A program made the translations under genes and the position numbers. From the IMG/VR virus record IMGVR_UViG_3300026484_000295, positions 96,001 to 160,000 of that record: a DNA stretch of 64,000 nt; one strand, given 5' to 3'. The DNA is from a virus. The notes under the pieces are model-generated. The model was not told the DNA's origin. It ran no database searches and saw nothing but the letters and a program-made list of their open reading frames with translations. Positions 11,152-20,482 of the stretch are shown piece after piece (positions within the stretch are counted from its first letter, which is position 1; every line of letters starts with the position of its first letter).

Positions 11152-13839
11152 TTATGAAACTATATCAATTGTTCTTGATGGTTTTCTTATAGTATTTATA
11201 ATTTTATGTTTTTCAACAATCTGTGTAAAAACTATTTTATCTTTTAAAATATCTAATGTTGATGATGGAGTTATCTGACTACCATTAATATCATTTATCA
11301 TCTCTATATGTTGTACTTCCTCAACATTACTATGAATCCATTCAATCAATCTGGATAAATAAAAATGCTTTCCTAATGGAATATTACTAATATCAAAGAA
11401 ACTGTCAATTACACTATCAATCTTAGACTTTAATAATTCATTTGTTATTGAAAATGTATGAGATTTAAAAATTTTCATAGCAATTTCAATTTCAAAAGTA
11501 TTCGAATTATAAACTTGGACTATATCAGAAATCATTTTTCGTTGATTAATATTATTAATTAAATTATTAATTTCAGAACTTGTTAATGGTTCATACAAAT
11601 CAATATTCTTTTTTAAATCTTTTTTTATTGCAGTAACATATATCTCAACTATATTTGATTTACTAGGGTTAATAAATATATCATCTGATTTATAATGCGT
11701 CCAAATATATGATAAATTTACTTCTGGTAAATATATATTTTTTGTCTTATATAGTAAAGTCATAGAATACAATGTATCGGTCGATGTTAAATTAATATCA
11801 ATTATATCAATATCATCAAATAACTTATTCAATGATAATAAAATATTAATCTTATTATCGTCTAAATAGTTTTCTATATCATCTTTTGATATCGCATCAA
11901 ACTTAAAATATAAATATTTATTTGTATTCGATTCAAATACTATATTTTTAATTGAGTAATCAAGCATTAAAATATTATTTAATGTATTTTCATTAATAAT
12001 ACTTAAAATATCATTTTCATTAACCTTTTTATTAATCAATTTAATAATAGTCCCTTTAGTTTTCCTTTCAGTAAACTCAGACGGATAACGATACCAAAGA
12101 TTTGCTGGAATACTATCTATATCAAAAATTTCAAAATAATATTCTTTACTATTTTCTATAAATTTAATACTATCAAATTTGTCAACTACTGATGGTTCAG
12201 TAAAATATGCGGTTGGAGTAATTATAAAAATCTCTTCATCAAATCCATCTTCAACTAATTTAAATACAGAAATATCCATTTTTTCTGCATCAAAGAATAT
12301 ATCTATAAATTCATTAGTCATTCTAGCACTATTTTTACCAATATAACTACGTAGAATGACCGTAGAGTATTTAACCCTTGGGTGTAGCATTCCTGCAGTT
12401 TCATAGTCAGATGCCGTTACAAATCGATCTTGAATACTTCTTAACTTTCTGGCCATATATTTGATTTGTTCATCACTTTCTGCCGGGGTACCATCTTTAG
12501 CACTAAATCTATCTATAACATCTAAGCTTAATGACGAAGATTGTGTTTGTTCAATGTAACTATCGAAATATTCTACATCTAAACTTATAGCTGGGATTTT
12601 TGCATTCACCACATTCATAATTTCATCACTATTATTAAAATTTTTTCTATAAAATAATAATGTTTTTGCAGCAGGTAAAAGAATTTCTGAATTTTTACCA
12701 TCACCAAATAATAATTCTATATGTCCATCTGGAGTATTATTTACTTCATAAGCATATTTATGAGTGTGATTATTTAAATTATCAACTTCAAAATAAGTTC
12801 TTAATAAATTATCTTGTGCATCATATTGACGTACTAATGTTTTATTATCAAATATATTTTCTTCATATGAAGTCATCTTAAAGTTTTTTATAGATTTTGT
12901 TACTTCTATTGGTCTAGTAAATGTACCACCTTGAATTGCAGGTATATACATAAATACATTTTTATCCAAAATATTATAACCTTTATCATATCGTAATGTA
13001 AATTCAAATCCGGCCTCATTAAACGGAGCATATAATGCATCTTCATTATAAGATAGCGCATCTTCTGTATTTTCACTATTAAAATAAGTAATACTATCAA
13101 ATAATAAACTTTGTAGCTCAAAGGGCTTGTCCTGTCCCATATATTCTGGATATATATTAGTATTTGGTTTATATCTCATTTGAAATTTATCTATAAAAAT
13201 TGATCTTTCAAAATATTCAAAATTATCTTCTACTATACGTTTCACTTTAATATTTTCAGTTTCTTTGAAATCAGATAACTTATCAAATATATTATCTAGT
13301 GTATTCATAAAATCTTCGGCCGTTACATTTTTCAACAAATAATCTAATTTATATTGAAAATATCTACTTACTGTAAATTCAATAGGTACAAAGGTTATAT
13401 CGTTGGTTTTTGAAAGTATATCATTTACAGATCCAACATTTTTAACCTTATTTAGAATCTGTGCTCCAGATGCACCATTTGAAAGGTCTATTTTTAAAAT
13501 TGAAATCGAGGGTTTAATTCTAGCATATTTATATCCCAACATATCTGCAATTTTAATTATGTTTTTTCTTTCTTTGGCAGAAGATAAATACACTTCATTC
13601 ATATTAGTATCCATACGATATGCCATCATTTCACCATAAAATGCAAATAATTCAATCAACATCATAACATAATCAGATCTGAAATAATCATTATAGTTCG
13701 GATAAGTTTGTTCAATATAATCTTGAAGTGTTTGCCTAATAGAATGAAAATCATATTCCTCAAAATTATAATTTTCGATAAGATTAGTGAATTCCGTAGA
13801 TAATTGTTTAACTTCTCTTTCAAAAGTTTTTACTGCCAT
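11152..13839 (-). CDS. gp6: Baseplate wedge subunit gp6
   Basis: DF..IR..L..YI....P.YNDY..S....MLIELFA..G....Y.MD...NE.YL.SA; LLFGDG; AESDEQIK..A....IQDRFVTASDY. Start revised to MAVK at 13839 (GAGG RBS). Confidence 0.9.
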   Translation of the reverse strand: MAVKTFEREVKQLSTEFTNLIENYNFEEYDFHSIRQTLQDYIEQTYPNYNDYFRSDYVMMLIELFAFYGEMMAYRMDTNMNEVYLSSAKERKNIIKIADMLGYKYARIKPSISILKIDLSNGASGAQILNKVKNVGSVNDILSKTNDITFVPIEFTVSRYFQYKLDYLLKNVTAEDFMNTLDNIFDKLSDFKETENIKVKRIVEDNFEYFERSIFIDKFQMRYKPNTNIYPEYMGQDKPFELQSLLFDSITYFNSENTEDALSYNEDALYAPFNEAGFEFTLRYDKGYNILDKNVFMYIPAIQGGTFTRPIEVTKSIKNFKMTSYEENIFDNKTLVRQYDAQDNLLRTYFEVDNLNNHTHKYAYEVNNTPDGHIELLFGDGKNSEILLPAAKTLLFYRKNFNNSDEIMNVVNAKIPAISLDVEYFDSYIEQTQSSSLSLDVIDRFSAKDGTPAESDEQIKYMARKLRSIQDRFVTASDYETAGMLHPRVKYSTVILRSYIGKNSARMTNEFIDIFFDAEKMDISVFKLVEDGFDEEIFIITPTAYFTEPSVVDKFDSIKFIENSKEYYFEIFDIDSIPANLWYRYPSEFTERKTKGTIIKLINKKVNENDILSIINENTLNNILMLDYSIKNIVFESNTNKYLYFKFDAISKDDIENYLDDNKINILLSLNKLFDDIDIIDINLTSTDTLYSMTLLYKTKNIYLPEVNLSYIWTHYKSDDIFINPSKSNIVEIYVTAIKKDLKKNIDLYEPLTSSEINNLINNINQRKMISDIVQVYNSNTFEIEIAMKIFKSHTFSITNELLKSKIDSVIDSFFDISNIPLGKHFYLSRLIEWIHSNVEEVQHIEMINDINGSQITPSSTLDILKDKIVFTQIVEKHKIINTIRKPSRTIDIVS

Positions 13840-13963
13840 ATTAACCTCTTTTTTCCTATTTCCTTTATTTATTCTATTTTTAAACAATTTTTTATTAAAA
13901 CATTAAGCTTAACCATTTATTTAAATAAATAAAGGAAATAGGAAAAAAGAGGTTAATATGGCA
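13834..13963. repeat. Perfect 40-bp inverted repeat (13834-13873 / 13924-13963) with a 50-bp spacer
   Basis: aataaataaaggaaataggaaaaaagaggttaatatggca occurs on both strands; each arm holds an AATAAATA box, RBS and ATGGCA start. Confidence 0.95.
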
Positions 13964-14413
13964 TCAGGAAGCTGGAAACAGGGAAAATACACACCAACGA
14001 ACCCAGATAAATATAAAGGGTCATTACCAATAGTTTTTAGAAGTAGTTGGGAAAGAAGAGTTTTTTATTTCTTAGATCATCACCCAGCTGTTATATCTTG
14101 GGGTAGCGAAAGTATAATTATACCGTATATTTATCAAGTTGATAATAAACAGCATAGATATTATATAGATGTTGATTTTATAATTAATGATAAAGATGGG
14201 AAACAAAAAAGGTATATAATAGAAATAAAACCTCACGATCAAACAATCCCTCCAAAACCACCAAAGAAAAAATCAGCAAAAGCTATGCAAAGATACAACC
14301 AACAGGTTTTGGCTTTTCAAAAAAATCAAGATAAGTGGATGGCAGCTGAAATTTGGGCTAAAAAAAATGGATATATTTTTAGTATATGGACAGAAAAAAC
14401 ATTAGGTTTATAA
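13958..14413 (+). CDS. gp4: Head completion nuclease gp4 (TnsA-like endonuclease fold)
   Basis: QGKY.P.NP.KYKG....I.FRSSWE, WGSE..IIPY, HRYY.D, IEIKP..QT, NQ.KW.AA, F.IWTEK.LG. Confidence 0.92.
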   Translation: MASGSWKQGKYTPTNPDKYKGSLPIVFRSSWERRVFYFLDHHPAVISWGSESIIIPYIYQVDNKQHRYYIDVDFIINDKDGKQKRYIIEIKPHDQTIPPKPPKKKSAKAMQRYNQQVLAFQKNQDKWMAAEIWAKKNGYIFSIWTEKTLGL

Positions 14414-14432
14414 ACTCTGCGAACATAAAAAA

Positions 14433-14460
14433 AGCCAATAATTAAAAATAATTATTGGCT
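14433..14460. terminator. Bidirectional terminator between gp4 and gp23
   Basis: agccaataatta-aaaa-taattattggct between convergent genes. Confidence 0.8.
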
Positions 14461-14488
14461 ATTATATAGTTAAATATTAATTTAGGAA

Positions 14489-15712
14489 TTAACCTAAATT
14501 AACACTTACTTTACCATAGTATGCATCAGCACCCATCATATTGTCAGCGATACCATATCTAGTACTTAACATTACTCTAGGCATAAATGAATTACCATCT
14601 AAAATTGTTGGAGATACTTCTAATGGTACATATGGCATATAAACAATACCAGTATCAGTTTCAGTATTACCTTTGTAACCCATTAAAATATCATCAGTTG
14701 TTCTGATAATATCAGTAAAAACTTTAAATCTACCTTCAATTGTTCCAGCTAAACCAATGTTTGTTGGATCAACATATGAACTTGCAGATGGAGCAAAGTT
14801 AAAAGATTTAAGAGTTTGAAGAATTGTTAAAACATTAGGATTAACGATCATCCAGTTTGCAGCCCCTCTTCTAGTTCTTACAGCAATTTGATTAGAAACT
14901 TCTAATACTTTAGTGTACATAGCTTGATATTTTTCAGCCATTGAGTTAGTTCCAGAAACATTACTATAATCATAGTTTGCTGTATAACCTACTTTTGATT
15001 CAATAGTTTGTAGTAATTCTCTATCAATATCATTAGCAATTGTTTGTGCAAGCGCTGTAATCATTTCTTTTTCAATATTGATACCTAATGAAGCTTGAGC
15101 ATCTTGTGCTGCTTCTAAAGACCATTGTGCTGCTAATTTTCTTGTTTTAGCAGTTACAGTAGTTTGAGTGAATTTTAAAGTTGTTTCTTTAAACTCATTG
15201 TAAGTTGGATTAGCAACTGTATTAAGAGTCATTTTTTCACCATCTTCAGTAGTCATTTTACTTGCATACTGATTAACACCAGCTACATATGATACTTCTG
15301 CTCCAGCTGGGTATGTTACATTTGTACCATCAACAGTTGCTTTTGGAGCATCTGGGTCGTTTTGTACTAATGCATTATATCTAGCTGCTTCTGCTGTTGC
15401 AGTATTAGCATCACCTAAATCAATTACTGAATCAGATGCATAAACATATTTAAGAGACATACATATACCTGTTCTCTCTTTAAGTGGTTGAACACCTACT
15501 AATTGATCAGCAACAACATTTGTCATTACTCTTCTTGCCAAAGGCATAATTAATTTTGGAACCGATTTGATAGCTCCACTAAAAGTAGCTTCATTTAAAG
15601 TTTCAGCATAATTCGCTTCATTTTCTAAGATTACTCTCATAGAATCTTTTTTGTGTTCAGCTACACCTTCTAATAATGATTCTACTAACATTTTTGGTTG
15701 TACTTGTGCCAT
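14489..15712 (-). CDS. gp23: Major capsid protein gp23
   Basis: LVGVQPL..RTG, VTAKTRKLAAQWSLEAAQD, IDRE, IAVRTRRGAANW, MGYKG..ETDTG..Y.PYVPL, F.PR....TRYG. Confidence 0.97.
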   Translation of the reverse strand: MAQVQPKMLVESLLEGVAEHKKDSMRVILENEANYAETLNEATFSGAIKSVPKLIMPLARRVMTNVVADQLVGVQPLKERTGICMSLKYVYASDSVIDLGDANTATAEAARYNALVQNDPDAPKATVDGTNVTYPAGAEVSYVAGVNQYASKMTTEDGEKMTLNTVANPTYNEFKETTLKFTQTTVTAKTRKLAAQWSLEAAQDAQASLGINIEKEMITALAQTIANDIDRELLQTIESKVGYTANYDYSNVSGTNSMAEKYQAMYTKVLEVSNQIAVRTRRGAANWMIVNPNVLTILQTLKSFNFAPSASSYVDPTNIGLAGTIEGRFKVFTDIIRTTDDILMGYKGNTETDTGIVYMPYVPLEVSPTILDGNSFMPRVMLSTRYGIADNMMGADAYYGKVSVNLG

Positions 15713-15759
15713 TTTAATTTCTCCTTAAAAAGAACTTCTGTTTTTTATTATTTCATTTT

Positions 15760-15767
15760 TATTTATA
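15760..15767 (-). promoter_or_regulatory. T4-type late promoter TATAAATA (capsid gene)
   Basis: Exact gp55 consensus. Same box on - at 1888, 2579, 18896, 20445, 29506, 33281, 34764, 57812, 60611 and on + at 33348, 41951, 42658, 62600, 63871. Confidence 0.85.
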
Positions 15768-15825
15768 TCGATATTTTAAAAAATATCATTTTTTAAAAGA
15801 TTTTAACCTTATTTTAATAAGATTT

Positions 15826-17055
15826 CTATCTAATTCCCGCTAATGACATTAAATTTGTCAATTCATCTGATGTTTTTGTTTCTGTATCACCTGAACTTAT
15901 TGAAGTTTGTACCGATTCAACAATCAATTCTTCTTTAATTTCTTGTTCAACATTTTTAATAACTTCTTCTTTTGAAAAACCTGCATTAAAAGTATCTACA
16001 ACTGATTCCATTAAAGTATCAATTTGTGTTTCAAGTTTATCCGATTCAATATTTTCAGCTAATTTTTCTAAAGCTTCTTTTTTATCATCAGTTAAGATTG
16101 ATCCTTTTGATTCAACAATTACTTTTTTCTTTAAAGTTTCAACTTCTATTTGTGACTCTTCTAATCTTGCATGTTCTTTTTTCAACATATCTTTATATTG
16201 TTCAACTTTTGCTTCAGTTTCTTTTTTCATTTCAAGAATTTCTTCTGCTACTTCTTCATCAATATTCCAATATTGTTTAACAATACCTTTAATTGATTCT
16301 AATAATTCTCTACCTTGAACTTCTTTCATAATAGATTCTTTATCAGCTTTAACTTCAGCTAATTCTTGTTCTAAGAAAATCTCTGTTGATGTAACTAAAT
16401 TTTCTTTTATAGATTCGATTCTTTCATCAGCTTCAGCTTTCATTCTTTCTTCTGTTTCTCTTATAGCTTCTTCTACTCTATCAATAGATTTAGATTCAAC
16501 TAATTCAGATTCTGCTTCTTCTAAATTATTTTCTAATTCATTAATTGTTTCAACTAATTCCTTATTTAATAATTCCGCTTCTTCTAATGATTCTTCTAAT
16601 TCAGTAATAATAGATGTACTACTCTCCATAGCAATTTCAAATGTATTATTAAATTTTTCCTTTGCTATATCAAATGCAGCCTCGTATTTTGCTTCTAATT
16701 CTTCAGTTAATTTCGCTTCTGCTTCTTCTAAATCACTTTCAGAAATATTTACAAAAGGTTTTGATTCTAATTCTTCAATATTATCTTCAAGATTTTCTAT
16801 TTCCTCTTTTGCCGCCTCAGCAACACTTTTAGCTTCCTCTAACTTTGTTTTATAAGATTCTTCTAACGTTTTAAAAGTTTCTTCAAATTTAGTTTTAGCA
16901 GCTTCAAAATTTTCTTTAGCTTTTGCTTCAACTTCAGCTCTTACCGCTTCTTCTCTCGCCGCAATAGCTTCTGTTAAAGAAACTTCTAAAGTTTCTTTTA
17001 CTTCATCTGTTAAAACATTATTTTCCAATAATGGTTTTAGGATTTCTGTCATCAT
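15826..17055 (-). CDS. gp22: Prohead core scaffold protein gp22
   Basis: Glu-rich coiled coil between protease and capsid genes; many L/I-x-E sites; C-terminal LMSLAGIR. Confidence 0.85.
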   Translation of the reverse strand: MMTEILKPLLENNVLTDEVKETLEVSLTEAIAAREEAVRAEVEAKAKENFEAAKTKFEETFKTLEESYKTKLEEAKSVAEAAKEEIENLEDNIEELESKPFVNISESDLEEAEAKLTEELEAKYEAAFDIAKEKFNNTFEIAMESSTSIITELEESLEEAELLNKELVETINELENNLEEAESELVESKSIDRVEEAIRETEERMKAEADERIESIKENLVTSTEIFLEQELAEVKADKESIMKEVQGRELLESIKGIVKQYWNIDEEVAEEILEMKKETEAKVEQYKDMLKKEHARLEESQIEVETLKKKVIVESKGSILTDDKKEALEKLAENIESDKLETQIDTLMESVVDTFNAGFSKEEVIKNVEQEIKEELIVESVQTSISSGDTETKTSDELTNLMSLAGIR

Positions 17056-17083
17056 AGTCTAACTCCTGTTCAAGCTTTTTCTT

Positions 17084-17722
17084 TTATTTATTTTTATTTA
17101 TTACAGAATTCAAAAACTTCTGAATTTCTTTAGTAAAATATTTTTGAGCTGCTTTATCTTCAACTACAGCTTCACTTAACGAAACAATTTTTGGATCATT
17201 ATAAATTATATTCAATGATTCTTGTAAACTATTTGGAAACGCCTCTGGTGCACTTGGTGTAGCAACAATATCCACAGTAATTAAATTAAAAGATTCTACT
17301 AATGTAATACCATCTTCATGTTTTGTTGAACCAGAACCCCTAGAAGAAACACCTAATTTTATACCCTCTTTAAGTAAAGCTTTAACAATTTCACCTTTTG
17401 GAGTATCTAATATTTTAGCTCTACCAATCACATCATTACCATTCCAATTAAAACTCTCAATAACATGTGAGACATTATTAAGATTTACCGTAAGTGCCTC
17501 AGGGTGTTCTAATTCACCTAAAACAGTATATCCTTTTAGCATTTTATCTTGAATTTTAGATACTGCCTCTGTTAAAACAGATTTAGGATAAATTCTACCA
17601 TTACCATTTTTGGCTTCAGACTGCATAAAAATACCTTCTAAATACCAATTTTTACCATCACTTTTTGATTCTTGTAAATTAGCTATATTTGGTGCTAATG
17701 ACTCAATTAATAAATCAGCCAT
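17084..17722 (-). CDS. gp21: Prohead core protease gp21
   Basis: YLEGIFMQSE.KNGNGRIYP, LGELEHP, VSHVI, ILDTPKG, LGVSSRGSGS, VDIVATPSAP.A. Confidence 0.97.
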   Translation of the reverse strand: MADLLIESLAPNIANLQESKSDGKNWYLEGIFMQSEAKNGNGRIYPKSVLTEAVSKIQDKMLKGYTVLGELEHPEALTVNLNNVSHVIESFNWNGNDVIGRAKILDTPKGEIVKALLKEGIKLGVSSRGSGSTKHEDGITLVESFNLITVDIVATPSAPEAFPNSLQESLNIIYNDPKIVSLSEAVVEDKAAQKYFTKEIQKFLNSVINKNK

Positions 17723-17724
17723 AA

Positions 17725-17940
17725 TTACTCCTCATTAGATAAATCTTCTGATTCATCTAATTCTTTCTTTAATTCTGCTTCTTCATCATTAGGATTTTTA
17801 TATGTACCACCAAATACCTCTTCATTTGAAAGATATTTTTTTCCAGCCATATATTCAGCTAAAGATGTTTTTAATGCTTCTCTTGCACCATCAAAATCTT
17901 CACCTTCAATTGCATCAACCATTTTTCTAATATTTGACAT
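17725..17940 (-). CDS. Small prohead core protein (gp67-like)
   Basis: 71 aa, acidic, upstream of gp21; I..MVDAI...D...A...L pattern; AAGGAG RBS. Confidence 0.6.
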   Translation of the reverse strand: MSNIRKMVDAIEGEDFDGAREALKTSLAEYMAGKKYLSNEEVFGGTYKNPNDEEAELKKELDESEDLSNEE

Positions 17941-18117
17941 GTCTTAATCTCCTTACAATTTTTTAAAATTTATTGCGCAAAAAAATTGTTTTCATTAGTA
18001 TTTATTACAATTAAATCTTTTTTTATATATTTTATGTGTTTTTCATAAATATAATACATCATTAAATTATATTTGTTTCATTATTTTTAAATTTGAAGAT
18101 AATAAATGTGAGGGGGG

Positions 18118-18143
18118 TTATCTGGAGAAAATTCTCCAGATAA
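18118..18143 (-). terminator. Terminator after tail tube gene
   Basis: ttatctggagaa-aa-ttctccagataa. Confidence 0.7.
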
Positions 18144-18163
18144 AATTATTTAAGAATTATTTT

Positions 18164-18853
18164 TTATTTTTGTGAAAATGCATTAGATGTAGTAGCATTT
18201 GAATCATCTGTACCATCATCCACAGCAGTACCATAACTAAATGAAGGCATCCAAGTAGTAAAGTTAGCGTATCTAATACCTAAATTTACAGATGAAAGTC
18301 CTGCATCATCCGAATAGTCTAAAGTACCAAAATCACAAGTCATTACTACACACTTGTGATAATACCATGCCATTAATGCCGTTCCATCACCACTTAATTC
18401 TTCCGCAGTCATGTTGAAAAAATATGCTGCAGCAGATTTAGCATGATAATTAGTATCAAAGTTTGCTTGTTTTTGTAGTTGTGTTTGAGCTGCTCTTGAA
18501 ACTGCTCCGTCTAATGAGTCATCCAACTCAACTGTTGCTTGATCTTGAGTTTTTCTACCTGCAAAATAAACTTTTGAGTTTAACTTAGGTACTTCAATCT
18601 CAGCAAATGTAACATTAGGTTTTGTTATTGTTTTAACATGATGTCCTACAGCTCTAAATACTCCAAATTTAACTCTAAATCTGTGCATTAATTTTACTTC
18701 AACATCCTCTACGTTATGAGCTCCGTCACCACCAACATTAAATGCTGCCGATCCAAATTCATTTCCACCAGTAGCTTTAGAATCAGCAAATGCATCTGCT
18801 GCTGCCGCAGAAGTTCCTACTGCAGTTCCATTATCTCCATTATACCATGCCAT
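18164..18853 (-). CDS. gp19: Tail tube protein gp19
   Basis: HRFRVKF, VKTITKPNVTF.EIEVP.LNSKVYFAGR, W....C.....DFGTLDYS; late box at 18896. Confidence 0.88.
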   Translation of the reverse strand: MAWYNGDNGTAVGTSAAAADAFADSKATGGNEFGSAAFNVGGDGAHNVEDVEVKLMHRFRVKFGVFRAVGHHVKTITKPNVTFAEIEVPKLNSKVYFAGRKTQDQATVELDDSLDGAVSRAAQTQLQKQANFDTNYHAKSAAAYFFNMTAEELSGDGTALMAWYYHKCVVMTCDFGTLDYSDDAGLSSVNLGIRYANFTTWMPSFSYGTAVDDGTDDSNATTSNAFSQK

Positions 18854-18937
18854 AATTATATCTCCTTTATGAGTTATTTTTCTATTTCTTTTAATTATTT
18901 ATATCGAAATAATTTTTCTTTTAATTTAGAAATAAGT

Positions 18938-20416
18938 TTATTCTCCACCTTCAATCTGAGTTTGAATTTTTGACCATTTTTTAAGTTGTGTAATATTTTC
19001 TTGAACTTCTTCTTCTGACCAACCAAGTACTTTCTTTTGTAAATATGTAGGCGCAAATTGCTCCATAGGAAAGCCTGTAAATACCGATTGTCTTTGAATC
19101 ATTTTTTCTAATTCTTGATTTTCAGCAACATTTATTGACTCTCGCCATTTCATATTTAATTGATCTGATGAAATATTAATTCCCCGTTCTTTAAGAAACT
19201 CAATAAATAATGATTTAAAAGACCATAAAAATTGTTCCCTGATTTCTGTAAGCCATTTACCGAACCTTGCTTCTTCTGCTAAAGCACTCCCGACTTTACC
19301 ATCATTCCAAGTAGGTTGATTTTCTAAATTGAAATATGAACTTGGGACCCGCATACCAGCTATAAGTTTTTTGTAAAAATAATTAACATCAGCTATTTCA
19401 CCTAAATTTGAAGCACCCGGTAAAGTTTCAACTCTTGATCCTCTACCATCAGCTCTTTGGGCAAAGAAATAATCTTCCTGCATTGATAGTGGATTGAATG
19501 ATGATGCTATACCTAACTCTTTAGATTCCTGAGATGCTGCCGTTCTTCTTCTTTTAATTTCTTCTTTAGTTTGAGTTACAACTTTTTCAGCAATTTTTGC
19601 AGGTGCTTTACCAACATCAATATAAAAAACTCTTCTTTCTGGCGCTCTTACAATCCTATAAATAATCAATGAATCTTCCAATAATGAAACTTTTTTCCAA
19701 TATGGAAATATACTTTCTAAATAACTTTCACCAAAAGGGAAAAATTTAGAATTTTGTCCCTTATTCATAAATCTAACCATTGATGATGAAGGTATGATAT
19801 AAAATTCTTCTCCCTCTTTAACTGCTATACCTGCCGTCTTATCTTCTGATGCCTTTGATAGGTTTTGGTATTTTAAAAATTGTAAATAACTTCCCATTTG
19901 TGCAGAGTCAATTTTTGATTTAGCAATATAATAATTTAATGGTTCAATTCCAACTTCATCATATTCAATAAAATCAATATCCTTATTTTCTATTCTTCTT
20001 AAACCTGCAATTCTGTTTTCTTTATTTTTAACAACAAAATAAAATGAATCCCCATATTTTAGTGATTGTCTTACCGCAAACGGTAATATCTCTTTCAATT
20101 TTAAGGTATCTGTAAATTGACTTATAGCTTTAGATAATACATTTTCTGGGACTTTATCATCAGTATCAAATAGGAAAGGGGAATTAGCTATCGGTTCAAA
20201 CATAAATATTTCTGTTGATATTATATCCAACGCTAAATGAATTTCTGGGTAACGATCCATTTCTTCATAGGTTTCATATCGTTCTAAACGTTTTCCACTC
20301 TGCTCTACAAACTGTGTAAATGCTTCCATATATGACATCCACATAGGTGTTGGAGACTCCATTAATGATTCATCCTCATTCAAATAATGATTTAGTTGTT
20401 CATTTAATATTTCCAT
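18938..20416 (-). CDS. gp20: Portal protein gp20
   Basis: YEEMD.YPEI..ALDI, LLEDSLIIYRIVRAPERRVFYIDVG, SMQEDYFF..R.DGRGSRVETLPG..NLGEI.DV.YF. Confidence 0.97.
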   Translation of the reverse strand: MEILNEQLNHYLNEDESLMESPTPMWMSYMEAFTQFVEQSGKRLERYETYEEMDRYPEIHLALDIISTEIFMFEPIANSPFLFDTDDKVPENVLSKAISQFTDTLKLKEILPFAVRQSLKYGDSFYFVVKNKENRIAGLRRIENKDIDFIEYDEVGIEPLNYYIAKSKIDSAQMGSYLQFLKYQNLSKASEDKTAGIAVKEGEEFYIIPSSSMVRFMNKGQNSKFFPFGESYLESIFPYWKKVSLLEDSLIIYRIVRAPERRVFYIDVGKAPAKIAEKVVTQTKEEIKRRRTAASQESKELGIASSFNPLSMQEDYFFAQRADGRGSRVETLPGASNLGEIADVNYFYKKLIAGMRVPSSYFNLENQPTWNDGKVGSALAEEARFGKWLTEIREQFLWSFKSLFIEFLKERGINISSDQLNMKWRESINVAENQELEKMIQRQSVFTGFPMEQFAPTYLQKKVLGWSEEEVQENITQLKKWSKIQTQIEGGE

Positions 20417-20482
20417 TTAATACCCTTTTATACTTAATTATTATTATTTATATATATTTTTTCCATAAATTATAAATATCTT

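Noticed and set aside
13958-14413. TnsA-like transposase or homing endonuclease with terminal inverted repeats
   Set aside because: Matches T4 gp4 head completion protein; the inverted repeat flanks the 50-bp spacer, not the gene.
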